32,050 nucleotides of DNA, from contig CAXNMZ010000001.1 of NCBI GenBank assembly GCA_964203125.1, positions 1 through 32,050 of the forward strand. The letters run 5' to 3'. This DNA is from Chitinophagales bacterium. GTDB lineage: Bacteria; Bacteroidota; Bacteroidia; Chitinophagales; Chitinophagaceae. Of this stretch, positions 28,797-32,050 are shown in pieces; the stretch's first letter is position 1, and each line of letters starts with the position of its first letter. The notes under the pieces were generated by a model. That model searched no databases. It was not told the DNA's origin and saw only the letters and a list, made by a program, of their open reading frames with translations. A program made the position numbers and the translations under genes.

Positions 28797-29489
28797 ATGA
28801 AAAAACAATTGCTTGCTTTAACCTTATTGACTTTTACAGTGCTTGGCTTTAACCAAGTAAAAGCTCAAGACAAATGGATTTCTTTATTTGATGGTAAAAC
28901 AAAAAATGGTTGGCATACATTCGGAAAAACAACTGCTGGCGAATCATGGACAGTCGTGGATGGTGCTTTGATGTTTGATCCTTCTATTAAAGTTGGTGGT
29001 GGGGATATTGTGACCAACGAAAGCTTTACCAATTTTCATTTACAATTAGAATGGAAGATTGCTAAAAACGGCAATAGTGGGATTATCTTTTTTGTACAAA
29101 ATGACCCATCAAAATATAAAAATACTTGGCATACTGGACCCGAGATGCAAGTCTTAGATAACGAAGGCCACCCAGATGGTAAAATCATTAGCCATAGAGC
29201 TGGTAATTTGTATGATTTAATTGTAGGTGATGAGTCTAGTGCAAAACAAGCAGAGGAGTGGAATCAAGTAGACATCATCGTGAACAAAGGAAATTTAGAA
29301 ATGAAATTAAATGGTGTAACAACTGTCAACACACATTTAGGAGATGACAGCTGGAAGGAATTAATTAGAAGAAGTAAATTCTCAAAAGGCGAATCACCTG
29401 ATTTTGGAAAAGTATTTTCAGGACATATCAGCTTACAAGATCATGGTGACAAAGTTTGGTACAGAAATATTCGTATCCAAAAATTATAA
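28797..29489 (+). CDS. DUF1080 (3-keto-disaccharide hydrolase family) protein, Sec signal
   Basis: Signal peptide; WISLFDGK..GW, LEWK...GNSG, PEMQVLD, AGNLYD, GHISLQDHG..VWYRNIRI. Confidence 0.92.
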   Translation: MKKQLLALTLLTFTVLGFNQVKAQDKWISLFDGKTKNGWHTFGKTTAGESWTVVDGALMFDPSIKVGGGDIVTNESFTNFHLQLEWKIAKNGNSGIIFFVQNDPSKYKNTWHTGPEMQVLDNEGHPDGKIISHRAGNLYDLIVGDESSAKQAEEWNQVDIIVNKGNLEMKLNGVTTVNTHLGDDSWKELIRRSKFSKGESPDFGKVFSGHISLQDHGDKVWYRNIRIQKL

Positions 29490-29506
29490 GCACCGTAAAC
29501 TTACTA

Positions 29507-29947
29507 GTGGAAAATAAACATGAACAATTTATGCATCAGGCCCTCTTACAAGCTAAGAGGGCTTTTGACGAAGATGAAGTACCAGTTGGTGCTGTCATTG
29601 TAATGAACGATCAGGTCATTGCTAAAGGATACAATCAAGTGCAACTTTTAAAAGACGTTACTGCACACGCTGAAATCCTAGCACTCTCAAGTGCTTGTGA
29701 AAACTTACAATCCAAATATCTACCAGAAGCGACACTCTATGTAACATTAGAACCTTGTTTGATGTGCGCGGGCGCCTTGTATTGGAACAAGATTGGCCAT
29801 ATTGTATTTGGTGCCTACGACGAAAAAAACAGTTATCGTAGAGTCACAGAAAAAAATCCATTCCATCCTTCCACTACCCTCACTGGAGGCATCCTGCAAG
29901 ATGAATGCGCTGCTCTAATGCAAGCTTTCTTTAAAGCGAAACGTTAG
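29507..29947 (+). CDS. tadA: tRNA adenosine(34) deaminase
   Basis: EVPVGAV, TAHAE, YVTLEPCLMCAGA, C-terminal FFKAKR; start GTG 29507 or ATG 29531. Confidence 0.85.
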   Translation: MENKHEQFMHQALLQAKRAFDEDEVPVGAVIVMNDQVIAKGYNQVQLLKDVTAHAEILALSSACENLQSKYLPEATLYVTLEPCLMCAGALYWNKIGHIVFGAYDEKNSYRRVTEKNPFHPSTTLTGGILQDECAALMQAFFKAKR

Positions 29948-29967
29948 CTTTTCTGTTTATAGCGCTA

Positions 29968-30327
29968 AGTAATAAATAGCTTTCTTGCGTAATCCGTTTT
30001 CTTTTTATCGAAAGAAGCTATTGAAGTAATAAACATAGCTACCCCTCATCCTCATGCGGAAGGAACCGAAATCGGCTTCGGGGTACTATGTTTATTTCTA
30101 AATTTCTATACAGGCGGAGTAAATAAATAGTTTCTGGAGTAATCCGTTTTTAGGATTAATTATAGAACGTTATTTTCATCTTTAGGGCACAGTAAATAAA
30201 TAGTTTCTGGAGTAATCCGTTTTTAGGATTAATTATAGAACGTTATTTTCATCTTTAGGGCATAGTAAATAAATAGTTTCTGAAGTAATCCGTTTTTAGG
30301 ATTACGAAGGAAAGCTATTTATTTACT
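29968..30327. repeat. Cluster of five related palindromic units bounded by ~28-bp inverted repeats (REP/BIME- or MITE-like)
   Basis: Units start at 29968, 30025, 30118, 30191 and 30264, each with AGTAA(A)TAAA(CA)TAG; left end 29971-29995 matches the reverse complement of 30299-30323 at 23/25. Confidence 0.8.
30118..30304 (+). repeat. 73-bp tandem repeat, ~2.6 copies
   Basis: Copies at 30118 and 30191 differ by 1 nt; the third copy at 30264 matches the first 41 nt with 1 mismatch. Confidence 0.95.
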
Positions 30328-30387
30328 GCAATCCTACTATTTATTGAAAAAAAGGTAGCAAGTCGCTTAAATGAGCGCAAAGCATTG

Positions 30388-30395
30388 TAATTTTG
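30388..30395 (+). promoter_or_regulatory. Bacteroidota -7 element for sodA
   Basis: TAATTTTG 31 nt upstream of the ATG. Confidence 0.55.
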
Positions 30396-30426
30396 GCATT
30401 CAAACATTCAAATTAAAAAGAAAAAT

Positions 30427-31032
30427 ATGTCATTTACATTACCTGCATTACCCTATGCACACGAAGCCCTAGAACCACATTTTGATACATTGACCATGCA
30501 AATACACCATGGCAAACACCATCAAGCCTATGTTGACAATTTAAATAAAGCAGTTGCGGGTACGCCTAACGAAGGCAAGACAATAGAAGAATTAGTAGCG
30601 GTTGCTGGAAGCATCAGTCCTGCTGTAAGAAATAACGGTGGTGGTCATTGGAACCATAGTTTCTTTTGGAATAGTTTAGCACCAAATGCAGGTGGGCATC
30701 CAACGGGCGAATTAGCAACAGCAATTGATGCTAGCTTTGGAAGTTTTGATGCATTCAAAGAAAAATTTGCTGCCGCAGGTATGACTCGTTTTGGAAGCGG
30801 ATGGGCTTGGTTAATTGTAAAAGATGGTAAGCTAGAAGTGAGTTCTACGCCAAATCAAGATAACCCTTTAATGGATGTAGCTGAAGTGAAGGGAACACCA
30901 ATTTTAGGCGCTGATGTTTGGGAGCATGCCTACTATTTGAAATACCAAAACAGAAGAGCAGATTATTTAGCTGCGTTTTGGAATGTAGTGAATTGGTCTG
31001 TGATTGCAGATCGTTTTGCTGCTGCGAAATAA
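30427..31032 (+). CDS. sodA: Fe/Mn superoxide dismutase, Mn-type signature
   Basis: [46 protein letters not shown]. Confidence 0.93.
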   Translation: MSFTLPALPYAHEALEPHFDTLTMQIHHGKHHQAYVDNLNKAVAGTPNEGKTIEELVAVAGSISPAVRNNGGGHWNHSFFWNSLAPNAGGHPTGELATAIDASFGSFDAFKEKFAAAGMTRFGSGWAWLIVKDGKLEVSSTPNQDNPLMDVAEVKGTPILGADVWEHAYYLKYQNRRADYLAAFWNVVNWSVIADRFAAAK

Positions 31033-31062
31033 TTTAATTCGTTTATCTAATGAACAATATTC

Positions 31063-31092
31063 AAAACCGTCTCCACAAGGGGCGGTTTTTTT
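31063..31092. terminator. Intrinsic terminator between sodA and yidD
   Basis: AAAACCGTCTC-CACAA-GGGGCGGTTTTTTT. Confidence 0.8.
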
Positions 31093-31110
31093 ATGTGCTA
31101 TATCCTTGAC

Positions 31111-31344
31111 TTAAGGAACAGGATCATAGCCATGCCCTCCACCAGGCCTGCATTTGCTAAGTCTTTTCATGCCCATGATCATCCCTTTAATGGGACCATA
31201 TTTTTGAATGGCTTCTGAGGTATAGTGAGAGCAGGATGGCGTGAATCGACATTTGCTTCCACCTAAATAAGGGGATAAAGCGTATTGATAAAATCGGATC
31301 AATACGATAAATGGGAATGCTATGATTTGCTTAAGCTTGCCCAT
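31111..31344 (-). CDS. yidD: Membrane protein insertion efficiency factor YidD
   Basis: IRFYQYALSP, CRFTPSCSHY, KYG..KG, C.P....GYDPVP. Confidence 0.95.
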   Translation of the reverse strand: MGKLKQIIAFPFIVLIRFYQYALSPYLGGSKCRFTPSCSHYTSEAIQKYGPIKGMIMGMKRLSKCRPGGGHGYDPVP

Positions 31345-31747
31345 AAATACGTTTTACTAACTGATTCAATATCAATTTCATTGTTGCATTGATCTCTATT
31401 TGTGGCAATACATTTTCTTCCATGTATAAAATAAAAATGCTTAACCGCTTGCCTTGTAATGTAAGCTGTGCTTTAAAAGCAGGCAGTTCTAAACGATAGG
31501 CTTCTCTCAATAATCGCTTTACTCGATTGCGTTGTACTGCCTTTTTAAATTGTTTAGTGGGTGCACCTACCCCAGCTTGTATAATTAGCGGTGCTGGATT
31601 TGTTGGATGTTCGTCGGCAATATTTTCTAAAGTATAGATTAACCTAAGCGGCGCATTAGATATGGACTTGCCTAAAGCAAACAAATTTTGCATTTGCTTC
31701 CTGCTTTTTAATTTATCCTGTTGTTGATATGTAAAAGTCTTTGCCAA
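31331..31747 (-). CDS. rnpA: Ribonuclease P protein component
   Basis: KLKSRK, RNR motif FKKAVQRNRVKRLLREAYRL; lies between rpmH and yidD; TTG start. Confidence 0.92.
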   Translation of the reverse strand: MAKTFTYQQQDKLKSRKQMQNLFALGKSISNAPLRLIYTLENIADEHPTNPAPLIIQAGVGAPTKQFKKAVQRNRVKRLLREAYRLELPAFKAQLTLQGKRLSIFILYMEENVLPQIEINATMKLILNQLVKRIYGQA

Positions 31748-31786
31748 TGATGAATACCCTTTTTATTATTTTATGGATGATACATT

Positions 31787-31817
31787 AAAAAAGTCCACCC
31801 GAAAACGAGTGGACTTT
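31787..31817 (-). terminator. Intrinsic terminator after rpmH
   Basis: Minus strand AAAGTCCACTCG-TTTT-CGGGTGGACTTTTTT. Confidence 0.8.
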
Positions 31818-31849
31818 AAAATTATAAGTTTCTACGAATAGAGATTAAA

Positions 31850-32005
31850 TTATTTTAATCCTTTCTCGCTAGATACAGTTAGTTTCTTGCGTCCTTTCTT
31901 ACGGCGACTTGCTAATACTTTACGACCATTTGCTGATTCCATACGCTTTCGGAAACCATGAACTGATTTACGACGACGTTTATGAGGTTGGAATGTACGT
32001 TTCAT
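31850..32005 (-). CDS. rpmH: 50S ribosomal protein L34 (not in the ORF track)
   Basis: Manual translation: [51 protein letters not shown]. Confidence 0.98.
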   Translation of the reverse strand: MKRTFQPHKRRRKSVHGFRKRMESANGRKVLASRRKKGRKKLTVSSEKGLK

Positions 32006-32050
32006 AATATACTTTTTTTTGCGGGTTATTAGGATTATTCCTATCTGCCC

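Noticed and set aside
30045-30075. SRP RNA-like CGGAAGGAA segment
   Set aside because: The flanking CAGG and AGCAG internal-loop residues of SRP domain IV are missing.
30118-30304. CRISPR array (41-nt repeat, 32-nt spacers)
   Set aside because: The two spacers are identical apart from 1 nt and partly pair with the repeat; there are no cas genes. It is a tandem duplication of a palindromic unit.
31111-32005. rpmH-rnpA-yidD without yidC
   Set aside because: Separation of yidC from this cluster is ordinary in Bacteroidota.

Overview
A chromosomal segment of an AT-rich Bacteroidota genome, probably Chitinophagaceae-like (inferred from gene content and TAnnTTTG promoter boxes). Most of it is housekeeping: an outer-membrane barrel with lptC, an aldo-keto reductase, a CNNM/CBS protein, tatC, rpiB, an M28 peptidase, a deoxyhypusine-synthase-like gene, cystathionine gamma-lyase/synthase, psd-cdsA, dusB, glutathione peroxidase, ALDH, tadA, Mn-type SOD and rpmH-rnpA-yidD. 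rpmH (31850-32005) is missing from the ORF track. Three things stand out. (1) A ~10.5 kb locus (19007-29489) resembles a 3-keto-glycoside oxidation/elimination pathway. It has two Gfo/Idh/MocA oxidoreductases, three TIM-barrel isomerase-family proteins, a GMC flavoprotein with its Tat-signal partner, a cytochrome c lipoprotein and a DUF1080 protein, plus an unexpected class V PLP enzyme. (2) The GMC gene is split by a 1-nt frameshift at ~23500, just before its catalytic His. (3) A family of non-coding palindromes occurs as a ~360 bp cluster of five units between tadA and sodA (including 73-bp tandem copies and near-perfect terminal inverted repeats) and as a related ~98 bp element at 7371-7468. 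The intact copies fold with purine-purine mismatches on the + strand only. No transposase, CRISPR-Cas, tRNA or rRNA was recognised.
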